Below, piece by piece: positions 33,239 to 43,392 of a DNA stretch of 64,000 bases. How positions within the stretch are numbered: position 1 is the first letter of the stretch; every line of letters starts with the position of its first letter. The notes below the pieces were generated by a model. That model searched no databases. It was not told the origin of the DNA and worked only from the letters and a program-made list of their open reading frames with translations. Source of the stretch: an uncultured bacterium (GTDB taxonomy: Bacteria; Omnitrophota; Omnitrophia; Omnitrophales; Aquincolibacteriaceae); contig CAYSSX010000002.1 of NCBI GenBank assembly GCA_964434115.1, positions 137,680-201,679 on the forward strand, in the 5' to 3' direction. The position numbers were made by a program, and so were the translations under genes.

Positions 33239-36200
33239 ATGAGCATAGCTTCTATTTCGGTACGCAAGAAAGTGACCGTTGTTATGGTCACTGGCGGTGT
33301 TTTTCTTTTAGGGATTATTTCGTTCCTTCGTTTGCCCCAAGAGTTGTTCCCTCCGATTGTCTTCCCGCAAATCACGGTTGTTACGGAATATGCGAATGCC
33401 GCGCCGGAAGAAATCGAAACACTCATTACCAAACCCATTGAAGAATCGATTGGCTCCGTTACGGGCCTGAAGCGGGTCGACTCCATCTCCCGCGAAGGGC
33501 GAAGCACGGTCATTATTTCTTTTAACTGGGGCCAAGACATTGATTTCGCTGCCCTGGCTGTGCGTGAAAAAATCGATCTTGTCAAAGAGCGCCTGCCTAA
33601 GGAATCGGAAGATCCCGTGGTGCTTAAATTTGATCCGCTTGCAAGACCGGTGCTCATGCTTTCTGTGAAAGGCGCCAACATTCCCCCTGTCCAATTGAAG
33701 TATCTTGCTACAAAAATGCTCAAGGACAACCTTGAAAAACTGGAGGGTGTCGCTTCCGTGGCCGTGTCCGGAGGAGCGGACCGCGAAATCCTTGTGAACA
33801 TTGATCAGGCCCGCCTTGAAGCCAACCATCTTTCCCTCTTGGAAGTTATTCAATCCATTGAAAACGCCAATGTCACTTACCCTGCCGGAAGTATCAAAAA
33901 AGGGCTTTATGAGTATCTGATCCGGACCGTGGGTGAATTCCGGACGGTGAAGGAAATTGGGTTTACTGTGGCCGGTGTTGACATGGTGAAGCAGACTCAA
34001 AGGCCGGACACAAGCTTTCTGGAAAAGGGGGATCAAGGCCCGCGGCAAACTCTTGATACGATGCGCGGAGAAAGAGATCAATCGATTGCTGAAAAGCGTC
34101 TGGTCCTGGTTCGTGATATTGCGGAAATTGTGGACGGCACGGGTGAGCAGACAAGCATTTCCCGTTATAACGGAAGCGAAAATATCACACTGGCAATTCA
34201 AAAACAGGCGAATGCGAACACCATTCAGGTTGTGGACCGCGTCCGAAAAGCCCTTGATTTTCTGAAAGAGGATATCGAATCCCGCGGCATCAGCTACGAA
34301 ATCATCTATGATCACTCTATTTTTATCCGGGCGTCGCTGGAAAATCTCGTCGAAGAGTTTAAGGGCGGCGGCATCCTGGTCTTTTTTGTTCTTTTTGCGT
34401 TTCTGCGCTCGATCGGTCCGCCGCTTCTTGTGCTCTTGTCGATTCCGATTTCCATTTTTGGGACTTTTTTTTGCATGGGACTGGCCGGTATTACGCTGAA
34501 TACCATGTCCACAGGGGGGCTCGTCCTCGCGATCGGCATGATCGGTGACACGAGTATCGTTGTTTTGGAGAACATTTTCCGTTACCGGCAGCAGCACCCG
34601 GAAAAAAGTCCTGATGATGCGGCTATTGAAGCCACTGAAGAAGTTCTTTGGCCGGTCGTTACGTCCAACCTCACCACTATTGCCGTTTTTTTCCCCATGA
34701 TTGCCTTTGTCCCGGGTATTCCCGGCCAGATTTTTAAGGATCTTTCCTGGGCCATTATTTTTTCCCAGATTGTTTCAACGGTCGTTCCTATCACCGTTGT
34801 CCCCATGCTTTCGGTTTATTTGAAAGTGCAGTCCACGGAATACAATCCGTTAGCCTGGACAAAACCGCTGGAAAAACAGCTCATAGGCGATCACATTTCG
34901 ATTGGCAGGAGGATCGCTTTTTCAGGCATGATGCTTGTCGCGGTGTTTGCTCTTTGTTCAACGGCCCTTCCGATTTTTGCATCGCTTGAAAAAGAAGTTT
35001 TGCCGAAGGTAGACCAAGGTCAATTTCTCATCAAAGTGGATATGCATATCGGTACGCGGCTTGAAATCACGGACCGGGTTTGCAAGCGCATTGAAAATGC
35101 CATGTCTGATCTTAAGGAAATTGAAAGCGTTGCGGTAACGATAGGTTCCGAAAAAAGCTCCAAAGGCGAGATTAAAGTCGAATCCCTGCGTTCCTCCCAA
35201 GCTTTGATCCTTGTGGTTTTAAAGGATGGCCCCAAAGGACAAACCGCGAGGGTCGTCGGCGATCTCCAGAAGAAGATTACCGCGCTGGACCTTGAGGGCG
35301 GAGAGGTTGACTTTGTTCTTCAGGAGAGTGAGTTTGCCTTTGCTGAGGGCGGCGCGAAGCCGATTCTCATAGAAGTTAAGGGCTACGATTTTGAAGAAAT
35401 GTCCCATCTTGTCGAGGAGGTTAAGAAACAGCTCCGTCAAATCCCAGGTGTGATTAACCCCACTGATGACATGGGGGAATCTTCACCGGAAACGAAACTT
35501 GAAATCGACAAAAAACGCGCGGCTCTTTATGGGATTTCGGCGCTGGATATTTCTCTGATTACCAAAGCCGCCATCGACGGAGTTGTCTCCACGCAGTATC
35601 GCGAAGCGGGAAAAGAGTTTGATATTCGTGTCCGGTTAAGTGAGAAGGACAGGAGCAATGTCGAAAACCTTAACAACATGCTGCTTTATTCCAAAGTGCT
35701 TAACGCGCTTATTCCGCTTAAAGAAGTGGCCAGCATTGAGAAAGGATCCGGCCCCAGTGAAATCAAGCGCAGTGATCAAGAGCGCACCATTATGGTTTCC
35801 GCGGATATTGATCAAACCATGAAGAGTAAAGACGTTCTCGTGGGCGTCCAGGAAATGCTTCAAAAATTACAAATTCCCCAGGACTTCCGCGTGCTTCTTT
35901 CCGGTAAAGCCAAAGAAGTTAAAGAGAATTTCAACAAAGTAACATTCGCATTTGTGCTGGCTCTTGTTTTGAATTACATGATTATGGCCTCGCAGTTTGA
36001 ATCTTTTGTTCAGCCGATCATTATTATGTTTACAGTGCCGCTTGCTCTTTTTGGGACGGCATTGGCACTTCTGTTTACCGGAACGTCACTCAATGTTATC
36101 TCGCTTTTGGGGATGATTTTCCTTGCAGGTACAGCCGTGAATAACGGTATCGTTCTTATTGAATACATGAACCAGGCCCGGGAGGAGGGGCAGGACGTTG

Positions 36201-36502
36201 AAGAGGCGGCGCTTAACGCAGCCAAGATTCGAACACGCCCGATTTTGATGAGTGCTCTGACAAGCGCTATTGGCCTTGCGCCGATGGCGCTGGGTCTTGG
36301 TGAAAGCGCGGAGCTTCGCGCCCCGATGGCCGTTTCGATGTTCGGAGGAACGATTGCCGCAGTCTTTTTGTCTTTGATTGTGATTCCGATGTTTTATATT
36401 TTTGTGACGCGGGTAACAGAAAAGGTTTTTGGAAGCGCTTTTCAAGATGACGATGATCCGGACGACATTGAATCTGAACCTGTGCCGCCTCCAAAGAGCT
36501 GA
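33239..36502 (+). CDS. RND family efflux transporter permease (AcrB/MdtB-like), 1087 aa
   Basis: 12-TM plus two large periplasmic loops. Conserved TM4 region GGLVLAIGMIGDTSIVVLENIFRY and TM10 region. Confidence 0.85.
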   Translation: MSIASISVRKKVTVVMVTGGVFLLGIISFLRLPQELFPPIVFPQITVVTEYANAAPEEIETLITKPIEESIGSVTGLKRVDSISREGRSTVIISFNWGQDIDFAALAVREKIDLVKERLPKESEDPVVLKFDPLARPVLMLSVKGANIPPVQLKYLATKMLKDNLEKLEGVASVAVSGGADREILVNIDQARLEANHLSLLEVIQSIENANVTYPAGSIKKGLYEYLIRTVGEFRTVKEIGFTVAGVDMVKQTQRPDTSFLEKGDQGPRQTLDTMRGERDQSIAEKRLVLVRDIAEIVDGTGEQTSISRYNGSENITLAIQKQANANTIQVVDRVRKALDFLKEDIESRGISYEIIYDHSIFIRASLENLVEEFKGGGILVFFVLFAFLRSIGPPLLVLLSIPISIFGTFFCMGLAGITLNTMSTGGLVLAIGMIGDTSIVVLENIFRYRQQHPEKSPDDAAIEATEEVLWPVVTSNLTTIAVFFPMIAFVPGIPGQIFKDLSWAIIFSQIVSTVVPITVVPMLSVYLKVQSTEYNPLAWTKPLEKQLIGDHISIGRRIAFSGMMLVAVFALCSTALPIFASLEKEVLPKVDQGQFLIKVDMHIGTRLEITDRVCKRIENAMSDLKEIESVAVTIGSEKSSKGEIKVESLRSSQALILVVLKDGPKGQTARVVGDLQKKITALDLEGGEVDFVLQESEFAFAEGGAKPILIEVKGYDFEEMSHLVEEVKKQLRQIPGVINPTDDMGESSPETKLEIDKKRAALYGISALDISLITKAAIDGVVSTQYREAGKEFDIRVRLSEKDRSNVENLNNMLLYSKVLNALIPLKEVASIEKGSGPSEIKRSDQERTIMVSADIDQTMKSKDVLVGVQEMLQKLQIPQDFRVLLSGKAKEVKENFNKVTFAFVLALVLNYMIMASQFESFVQPIIIMFTVPLALFGTALALLFTGTSLNVISLLGMIFLAGTAVNNGIVLIEYMNQAREEGQDVEEAALNAAKIRTRPILMSALTSAIGLAPMALGLGESAELRAPMAVSMFGGTIAAVFLSLIVIPMFYIFVTRVTEKVFGSAFQDDDDPDDIESEPVPPPKS

Positions 36503-36504
36503 TC

Positions 36505-39500
36505 ATGGGACTCCCCAATTTTTCAATCCGACGCCCCGTTTTAACCACCATGATTTACCTGATTCTCCTGCTTTTCGGAGTCATTTCTTTGACTCGTCTC
36601 CCCGTGGAACTTTATCAAGGACAAAACCAGGGAATTATCAGTATCGTGGTTCGCGCACGAGGCGGATTGCCCCCTCCTGAAGTTGAACGAACCATTACAA
36701 AACCCGTCGAAGAAGCGGTTGCCACGGTTGCGCACCTTAAAAGCCTTTACTCAAGCTCGAGAGAGGCCGAATCCCGCGTGACCATGGAGTTTGAGCCGGG
36801 TACGAACATGAATTTTGCGGCCCTGGAAATCCGCGAAAAATTCTCTCGGGTCAAACCGGTTCTTCCCAAAGAAATCGAAAAGCCTGTAATTGCCAATTAT
36901 GACGATGCTCAATCCGCGGTTCTTATTTGCGCGCTGACCTCTGATTCGATGTCACCGGAAGAAATCCGGGAAATGGTGGAAACGGATCTTAAACCTGTTC
37001 TCGGGCGAATCGATGGTGTTGCCAGCATCGAAATTTACGGGGGCAGGGAGCGCAAGATCCTTATCGAGCTCGACCGGGATAAGCTGGTTGCCTATAACAT
37101 TTCCGTTGAGAAAGTCATGGATATTCTTGGGCAGAGCAATGTCAACCTGCTTTCGGGAACCGTAGATAAAGGGAGCTATCAATTCGCGGTCCGGAGTATG
37201 GGGGCCTTTGAGTCTGTCGAGGAAATCGGTGATCTGGGGATCCAGGCAACTCGGCAGGGTTCGATTATTCCTTTGAAGGAAATTGCGACTGTCAAAGACG
37301 CTTACATGGAAGCCGAGGACGCGGCCCGGCTCAACCTTGATCAGAACGTGACACTCTATATTAAAAAAACCAGCATGGCGAATACGATACCCGTTGTTAA
37401 ATCCGTGCTTCATGTGATTACCCAGTATGAAAAAGAGCATGATGATGCCCTCGATATTGTGGTCGTCTCAGACCGCGCAAAGACGATTGTCCACGCGATT
37501 AAAGAAGTCAGGGACTCCATGTTCTTGGGAGTGACGCTTACGGTAATGATGATTTATCTCGTTCTGCGTCAATGGGTTCTCGCCCTGATTGTGTCGGTGG
37601 CCATTCCATGTTCAGTCATCATCACGTTTATTTTTATGGCGGCCTTCGGATTTAGCCTGAATGTGATGACCTTGAGCGGTCTTGCTCTGGCCGTCGGCAT
37701 TATGGTGGATAGCGCGGTCGTGGTTTTGGAAAATACGTTTGTCAAAAAAGAAAATGGTTATTCGGATGGGCATGCGATCCGCGAGGCGGCCGAAGAGGTT
37801 TGGCTTCCCCTGCTATCGTCTTTGATTACAACCGTCATTGTGTTTGTGCCGGTGACATTTATTGATAAAAAAATCCAGATGACCTATTCGGGGTTTGCTT
37901 TGACCGTAACCGTCTCTTTGATCGTCTCATTCTTTGTCGCCATGATGCTGATCCCAGTGCTTCTGATGCAGTGGGCGCGGGGAAGGTTTGTAGTAAAGAA
38001 AAAGAGTGCGGAAGACAATTCGCAGTCGAAACTTCAAAAAGTTTACTGCGCCGTCATGCGGTGGAATTTGAAACTGCGGTATCTGATCGCCGCTTTCACA
38101 GTGGCGATGTTTTGTTTATCGTCATACAAGATCATCACCCGGGATATTGACTGGCCTTCGGCAATGGAAGAAAACGAATTTTCCGTAGTGGTTTTTCCTC
38201 TTGCGGGAGCACGCCTGGAAGCGAATGATGACGCGGTCAAAAAGGTTGAAGAAATGTTAAGTAAAATCCCCGATGTGGAAATGTTTTCTTCCACGGTGCG
38301 TAAAGATGATGTGAGGATTTTTGTCCGGCTCAAGGAAAAGAATAAACGGCAGTACTCAAAAGACGAAGTCATGCAGATTCTTGATGAAAAAGGCAACGAA
38401 GCTGTTAAAGAAATTCACGATGACTACAGTTTAATTATTGACGAAGGCGCATCTTCCTCTGAGCAGAAAAAGCTGATTGTAAATATCTTTGGATATGAAA
38501 ATGATGAGCTGGAAAAGCTTGCGCGTGATTTTGCAAATCGCATGGCCAAGGCGCCAGGGCTTACGAATATTGTGATGACAGATTTGCGGAAGCGCCCCGA
38601 ATATTCTCTGGTTGTCGATAAGGGGAGAGCCGCAATCTACGGATTGGACGTGAAAAAAATCGCGGATTCGGTCCATGCTTTGGTTCGCGGTATGCGCCCG
38701 ACAAAATTTCATGAAATCTCCAAAGGAGAGGAAATCGAGACCATTACGCGCCTGCAGGCGATTTACCGTCAGAAAATAGAGGATCTCAAGTCTATTTATA
38801 TTGCCAGCGATCAGGAAGGACACCAAATACCTTTGGGTGAGATTGCCAATTTCTATGCCTCAACCGGTCCGCAAACCATTGATCGTAAAGACAAGTACCG
38901 TTATGTGTTTGTAAAGGGAGACGCCAAGGCTGCCCTTGAAACGGTTGCGAAACAAGTTAAAGAAGTTCTCAAAGATGTAAAGATGCCGGATGATTATTAC
39001 TGGCGGTTTGGGGGCACTTATGAAGATCTTGTGGGGGGGAAGTCCAGCATGAATCTTGCGCTTGTGCTGACGGTTGGGCTTGTCTATATGGTGCTGGCGT
39101 GTACTTTTCAAAGCTATCTGCTGCCGGCGATTGTCATGCTTTCTGTCCCCATGGCCACGATTGGTATTTGGCTTTCGCTTGCGATTACGGGAAAACCTTT
39201 AAGCCAGCCGGTTTTTATCGGGATGATTCTTTTGGCAGGATATGTTGTTAATTCTGCGATTATTATGGTCGATCACATGAAACTTTTGATGACGAAGGGT
39301 AAAGATTTAACGGAAGCTCTTGTTGCTGCGGGGGCGGACCGTATTCGCCCGATTGTTATGACCACCGTTGCGACCGGTTTGGGTTTTCTTCCTATGGCTA
39401 TAAACTCGGGGCAGTCCAGTGATCTCTGGTCGCCGCTTGCTGTGACGGTTATCGGCGGACTGATAAGTTCGACCATCTTGACGCTTTTAATTTTGCCTAA

Positions 39501-39606
39501 TTTTATTGTGATTTCGGAAGATGCACGAGTGTTTTTTAAAACAATAATTTTGAAAGTCAGGCACCTTTTTAAACCCTCCGGCCCTCGCTTGGGACGCGGA
39601 GTTTAA
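36505..39606 (+). CDS. Second RND family efflux transporter permease (AcrB/MdtC-like), 1033 aa
   Basis: Same architecture as the first permease, with LSGLALAVGIMVDSAVVVLENTF. Starts 2 nt after the first permease's stop. Confidence 0.85.
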   Translation: MGLPNFSIRRPVLTTMIYLILLLFGVISLTRLPVELYQGQNQGIISIVVRARGGLPPPEVERTITKPVEEAVATVAHLKSLYSSSREAESRVTMEFEPGTNMNFAALEIREKFSRVKPVLPKEIEKPVIANYDDAQSAVLICALTSDSMSPEEIREMVETDLKPVLGRIDGVASIEIYGGRERKILIELDRDKLVAYNISVEKVMDILGQSNVNLLSGTVDKGSYQFAVRSMGAFESVEEIGDLGIQATRQGSIIPLKEIATVKDAYMEAEDAARLNLDQNVTLYIKKTSMANTIPVVKSVLHVITQYEKEHDDALDIVVVSDRAKTIVHAIKEVRDSMFLGVTLTVMMIYLVLRQWVLALIVSVAIPCSVIITFIFMAAFGFSLNVMTLSGLALAVGIMVDSAVVVLENTFVKKENGYSDGHAIREAAEEVWLPLLSSLITTVIVFVPVTFIDKKIQMTYSGFALTVTVSLIVSFFVAMMLIPVLLMQWARGRFVVKKKSAEDNSQSKLQKVYCAVMRWNLKLRYLIAAFTVAMFCLSSYKIITRDIDWPSAMEENEFSVVVFPLAGARLEANDDAVKKVEEMLSKIPDVEMFSSTVRKDDVRIFVRLKEKNKRQYSKDEVMQILDEKGNEAVKEIHDDYSLIIDEGASSSEQKKLIVNIFGYENDELEKLARDFANRMAKAPGLTNIVMTDLRKRPEYSLVVDKGRAAIYGLDVKKIADSVHALVRGMRPTKFHEISKGEEIETITRLQAIYRQKIEDLKSIYIASDQEGHQIPLGEIANFYASTGPQTIDRKDKYRYVFVKGDAKAALETVAKQVKEVLKDVKMPDDYYWRFGGTYEDLVGGKSSMNLALVLTVGLVYMVLACTFQSYLLPAIVMLSVPMATIGIWLSLAITGKPLSQPVFIGMILLAGYVVNSAIIMVDHMKLLMTKGKDLTEALVAAGADRIRPIVMTTVATGLGFLPMAINSGQSSDLWSPLAVTVIGGLISSTILTLLILPNFIVISEDARVFFKTIILKVRHLFKPSGPRLGRGV

Positions 39607-39658
39607 TTTCTAAATTTTTAAATAAGAAACCGGCTTCGTGCCGTCAGGAGATCATGCT

Positions 39659-40318
39659 ATGGAAAATCAAGAAAACGCCAAAGCGCCCGAGAAGCTCCGG
39701 GATAACCGCGCTTACCGCAGGCGAGTCCGGAATATTTTAATTCACAAACCCATGCAGCGGGAATTCACATTTGTGATGATTTCTCTTTTGATGATATCCA
39801 CGCTTGCGATTGGATTTGTCATTCATCAAACAATCCGCGAGGCGGCATTTGGCGGGGGATTTCAATTCGGAAAGATTAATCCGTACGAAGTTCTCGCTGA
39901 GGTGAGCTACCAGCTCATTATCAGAGTAAGTGCGATTTTATTTCTTACACTGATCGTCATCGGTGTGTTCGGAATTTTCTTCCTTCACCGTGTCGCGGGT
40001 CCTGTTTACCGGTTCCGTCAAATTTTTATGCGCATTAATGACGGCGAATTCCCTAAATTTGTCCGCCTTCGTGAGGGGGACTTTTTTAGCGAAACGGCGT
40101 CAGAGATTAATCAACTGGTTAATAAGTTGCGGTTTGACTTTGAGAGGCACCGGACGGCCCGCCAGCGTATTGATCAAATTTTGGAGCAGACTAAATCAGG
40201 CGACCCTTTGCGCTCCGAAGTTTTGAAGTTAAAAGAGCTTATGGATAAGGAAGTGGATATTTCGGCTAAAGCCCCAGCAAAAGCACAAGCTGAAAGTCAA
40301 AATATAAATATTAATTAA
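39659..40318 (+). CDS. Small membrane protein with a HAMP-like domain and no recognisable output domain
   Basis: Two predicted TM segments flanking a short loop; HRVAGPVYRFRQIFMRINDGEF...LREGDFFSETASEINQLVNKL resembles HAMP. ATG 39659 has AGGAG 8 nt upstream; the track starts at GTG 39638. Confidence 0.45.
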   Translation: MENQENAKAPEKLRDNRAYRRRVRNILIHKPMQREFTFVMISLLMISTLAIGFVIHQTIREAAFGGGFQFGKINPYEVLAEVSYQLIIRVSAILFLTLIVIGVFGIFFLHRVAGPVYRFRQIFMRINDGEFPKFVRLREGDFFSETASEINQLVNKLRFDFERHRTARQRIDQILEQTKSGDPLRSEVLKLKELMDKEVDISAKAPAKAQAESQNININ

Positions 40319-40358
40319 TATTATTTTGTAAATTAATAAAAAATTATATTTCTTATCG

Positions 40359-40387
40359 TTGACTTTGTGGGGTCGGATAAGTATAAT
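40359..40387 (+). promoter_or_regulatory. Consensus sigma70 promoter P1 upstream of tRNA-Thr/tuf (TTGACT-17-TATAAT)
   Basis: TTGACT 40359-40364, 17-nt spacer, TATAAT 40382-40387, within an AT-rich 200-nt intergenic region. Confidence 0.6.
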
Positions 40388-40432
40388 TCCACAAATTTCT
40401 GCGGTACAAGACTTCAAATCTTTAAAAATGTA

Positions 40433-40460
40433 TTGACAGTTTCCTGAGGTTCTGTAAAAT
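40433..40460 (+). promoter_or_regulatory. Consensus sigma70 promoter P2 upstream of tRNA-Thr/tuf (TTGACA-16-TAAAAT)
   Basis: TTGACA 40433-40438, 16-nt spacer, TAAAAT 40455-40460, ~65 nt upstream of the tRNA. Confidence 0.6.
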
Positions 40461-40524
40461 CCCCGTTTACCTCTCAAGGAAGCACTGTCTTTTTTTCTGT
40501 TTACTTACTTCACTTCAGCGTTTT

Positions 40525-40597
40525 GCTGGGGTAGCTCAGTTGGTAGAGCACGTCCTTGGTAAGGACGAGGTCACGGGTTCAATCCCCGTCTCCAGCT
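40525..40597 (+). tRNA. thrT: tRNA-Thr (anticodon GGT)
   Basis: Cloverleaf: acceptor GCTGGGG/CCCCAGC (one G-U pair), D-arm GCTC-AGTTGGTAG-GAGC, anticodon stem CGTCC/GGACG with loop TTGGTAA, T-arm ACGGG-TTCAATC-CCCGT. CCA not encoded. Confidence 0.85.
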
Positions 40598-40713
40598 GAA
40601 ACTCCAAGATCACTACCCCGGTTTCGTTACCGAAGTTGGATAACCTAGTAGAGATCGCGTGCTCTGCTGTGCAGGGTGTGCGTAACACAATATAAGGATG
40701 AGGAGAAAGTCCC

Positions 40714-41913
40714 ATGGCAAAAGAAAAATTCGAAAGAACAAAACCGCACGTGAACGTTGGGACGATCGGCCACGTTGACCACGGAAAGACGACTTTGACC
40801 TGCGCGCTCACAAAGGTGTTGGCGGAAAGAGGTATGGCGACAGTTAAGGAATATGCTGATATCGCCAAGGGGGGTACGGTTCGCGACGACTCCAAAATCG
40901 TTACCATTGCTGTTTCCCACGTTGAATATGAATCCGAAAAGCGTCACTATGCGCACGTTGACTGCCCTGGACATGCTGACTACATTAAAAACATGATCAC
41001 TGGTGCTGCTCAGATGGATGGAGCCATTCTTGTTGTGTCTGCTGTGGATGGTCCTATGCCGCAGACTCGCGAGCACATTCTTCTTGCTCGTCAGGTCGGT
41101 GTGCCTGCTGTTGTCGTTTTCCTCAATAAGGTTGACCTTGTGGATGACGCGGAACTTTTGGATCTTGTCGAGCTTGAAGTTCGCGAGCTCCTTAAGAAGT
41201 ATGATTTCCCGGGTGATAAGACCCCTGTTGTCCGCGGTTCCGGTCTTCCCGCCGCCACTAACCCTAAAGATCCCAAAGCGATTCAATGCATTCTTGATCT
41301 TGTGAAGGCACTGGATGAATTCATTCCTGAGCCTAAGCGCGATATCGATAAGCCCTTCCTGATGCCTATTGAAGACGTTTTCTCGATTTCGGGTCGCGGT
41401 ACCGTGGCTACGGGTCGTATCGAGCGTGGCAAGGTTAAGGTTGGTGAAGATGTTGAAATTATTGGTCTTCAGGAAGCTCCTTTGAAGTCTACGGTTACGG
41501 GTGTTGAAATGTTCCGTAAGCTTCTTGATGAGGGGTTTGCTGGTGATAACGTTGGCTTGTTGCTCCGCGGCGTTGAAAAAGAGCAGCTTGAGCGCGGTAT
41601 GGTTATTGCGAAGCCGGGCTCCGTGAAACCGCATAAGAAATTCAAGGCGCAGATTTACGTCCTGAGCAAAGAGGAAGGCGGCCGTCATACACCGTTTTTT
41701 AACGGGTATCGCCCGCAGTTCTACTTCCGCACTACGGACGTTACGGGGAATGTGAAGCTCCCTGCCGGCACGGAAATGGTAATGCCTGGCGACAACGTTG
41801 CTATCGAAGGTGAATTGATTATGCCGATCGCAATGGAAAAAGAGCTCCGCTTTGCCGTTCGTGAAGGTGGTAAGACGGTTGGCGCTGGCGTTGTAAGTGA
41901 GATCATCGAATAA
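40714..41913 (+). CDS. tuf: Elongation factor Tu
   Basis: [29 protein letters not shown]...[26 protein letters not shown]...NKVD; 399 aa. Confidence 0.97.
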   Translation: MAKEKFERTKPHVNVGTIGHVDHGKTTLTCALTKVLAERGMATVKEYADIAKGGTVRDDSKIVTIAVSHVEYESEKRHYAHVDCPGHADYIKNMITGAAQMDGAILVVSAVDGPMPQTREHILLARQVGVPAVVVFLNKVDLVDDAELLDLVELEVRELLKKYDFPGDKTPVVRGSGLPAATNPKDPKAIQCILDLVKALDEFIPEPKRDIDKPFLMPIEDVFSISGRGTVATGRIERGKVKVGEDVEIIGLQEAPLKSTVTGVEMFRKLLDEGFAGDNVGLLLRGVEKEQLERGMVIAKPGSVKPHKKFKAQIYVLSKEEGGRHTPFFNGYRPQFYFRTTDVTGNVKLPAGTEMVMPGDNVAIEGELIMPIAMEKELRFAVREGGKTVGAGVVSEIIE

Positions 41914-41933
41914 TTTCTAAGGGTTCGTGCTTG

Positions 41934-41970
41934 GCCCGCAGCCAAGTCTTCCTCGGCTGCGGGCATTTTT
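41934..41970 (+). terminator. Rho-independent terminator after tuf
   Basis: GCCCGCAGCC (41934-41943) ... GGCTGCGGGC (41955-41964) followed by ATTTTT. Confidence 0.6.
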
Positions 41971-42082
41971 CCCGCAAACACCCAAAATAAGAAATTCTCG
42001 GTAATCGGCTGGTTTATAAGGCTGAGGCAAGCAGGTCAGCCTTGAAGGCATTTTTTTCTCCAGCGTTTGTTGCGTATGTTGG

Positions 42083-42160
42083 AGGCCTGTAGCTCGAACT
42101 GGCTAGAGCGGCGGTCTCCAAAACCGCATGTTGCAGGTTCGAATCCTGCCAGGCCTGCCA
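42083..42160 (+). tRNA. tRNA-Trp (anticodon CCA), encoded 3' CCA included
   Basis: Acceptor AGGCCTG/CAGGCCT, anticodon loop CTCCAAA, T-arm GCAGG-TTCGAAT-CCTGC, discriminator G then CCA. Sits immediately upstream of secE, its usual position. Confidence 0.85.
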
Positions 42161-42193
42161 CTAGTTGATTGCGGTACACGTAAGGAAAAAAAC

Positions 42194-42379
42194 ATGTTTG
42201 GAAAAGCAGGGTCGTTTCTACAGGAAACTAAGCAAGAGCTGAATAAGGTTACTTGGCCTAGCCGCCATGAAGTTGTTCAGGCTACCATTGTCGTTATTTT
42301 TACAATGTTCCTTATGGCGCTTTATATAGGGGCGATTGACCTTGTTCTTTCTGGCGCTATGAGAATGATCCTTGGATGA
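42194..42379 (+). CDS. secE: Preprotein translocase subunit SecE
   Basis: 61-aa single-TM protein, MFGKAGSFLQETKQELNKVTWPSRHEVVQATIVVIFTMFLMALYIGAIDLV. Position tRNA-Trp - secE - nusG. The track ORF starts 22 codons upstream inside the tRNA. Confidence 0.85.
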   Translation: MFGKAGSFLQETKQELNKVTWPSRHEVVQATIVVIFTMFLMALYIGAIDLVLSGAMRMILG

Positions 42380-42918
42380 AGACCATGAGCGAACCGAAGT
42401 GGTATGTGGTGCACACGCAGACCGGCGTTGAAGCGCGGGTGAAGGCGAGTTTGGAAACGCGGGCTGAAACAGCCGGGATGAAGCATTTGATTCACCAGGT
42501 TTTAATCCCCACTGAAAAAGTCAGCGAAGTTAAAGAGGGGAAGAAGCGCATCAGTGAGCGCAAGTTTTTTCCCGGCTACATTCTGATACAGATGGATTTG
42601 ACCGACGATAGCTGGTATCTCGTCCGTAACACTCCTGGAATCTCGGGTTTTGTGGGGTCAGGTAAAAACCCTATTCCGCTTTCCGATATCGATGTTGACC
42701 AGATTGTTCGGCAGCAAGAAGAGAAAACGTCAAAGCCGAAACCTAAGGTTGAGTTTACTGTGGGTGAGAGCGTTCGTGTGAAGGAAGGCTCTTTTGCGAA
42801 CTTCAATGGAACGATTGATGAAGTTAATCCGAACCGCGGCAAACTGAGAGTTATGGTTAATATTTTTGGGCGCTCTACACCGGTTGAACTTGAATACTGG
42901 CAAGTAGAAAAAATCTAA
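42376..42918 (+). CDS. nusG: Transcription termination/antitermination factor NusG
   Basis: WYVVHTQTGVEARV (NGN domain) and C-terminal KOW (FTVGESVRVKEGSFANFNGTIDEV). Confidence 0.93.
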   Translation: MKTMSEPKWYVVHTQTGVEARVKASLETRAETAGMKHLIHQVLIPTEKVSEVKEGKKRISERKFFPGYILIQMDLTDDSWYLVRNTPGISGFVGSGKNPIPLSDIDVDQIVRQQEEKTSKPKPKVEFTVGESVRVKEGSFANFNGTIDEVNPNRGKLRVMVNIFGRSTPVELEYWQVEKI

Positions 42919-42945
42919 TAAGAAAATTCGTGAGGCTCGTTTTAC

Positions 42946-43377
42946 ATGGCAAAAGAAGTCACAGGAAGTATTAAACTTCAGGTTACCGGTGCTCAGGCCA
43001 ATCCTGCGCCGCCTATTGGTCCTGCCCTTGGTCAGCACGGTGTTAACATTATGATGTTCTGTAAAGAATTTAATGAGCGCACCAAGGATCGTCCGGGTGT
43101 GGTTCTTCCGGTGGTGATCACGGTATACAAAGATAAGTCATTTACGTTTATTCTGAAATCTCCGCCAGTAGCCAATGCGATCAAGAAGGTCGCAGGTCTT
43201 GCGAAGGCATCATCGGAGCCGGGGCGTAACGTTATCGGTAAGATTACCCGCGATGATGTGGCTGAAATTGCAAAAGCGAAGATGAAAGATCTCAACACGA
43301 CGAAGCTTGATTCTGCTTGCCGGATTGTCGAAGGTACGGCGCGCAGTATGGGTATTCAGGTCGTAGACAAGAAGTAA
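42946..43377 (+). CDS. rplK: 50S ribosomal protein L11
   Basis: [34 protein letters not shown]. Confidence 0.95.
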   Translation: MAKEVTGSIKLQVTGAQANPAPPIGPALGQHGVNIMMFCKEFNERTKDRPGVVLPVVITVYKDKSFTFILKSPPVANAIKKVAGLAKASSEPGRNVIGKITRDDVAEIAKAKMKDLNTTKLDSACRIVEGTARSMGIQVVDKK

Positions 43378-43392
43378 AGACGGGGGTTTGTT

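Noticed and set aside
32911-34597. Minus-strand ORFs of 296 aa and 429 aa overlapping the membrane-fusion and RND permease genes
   Set aside because: Low-complexity Arg/His-rich translations with no motifs, antisense to strongly supported transporter genes. Judged spurious.
40645-41688. 347-aa minus-strand ORF overlapping tuf and the tRNA-Thr region
   Set aside because: Antisense to EF-Tu, one of the most conserved genes. No plausible function, and it overlaps a tRNA.
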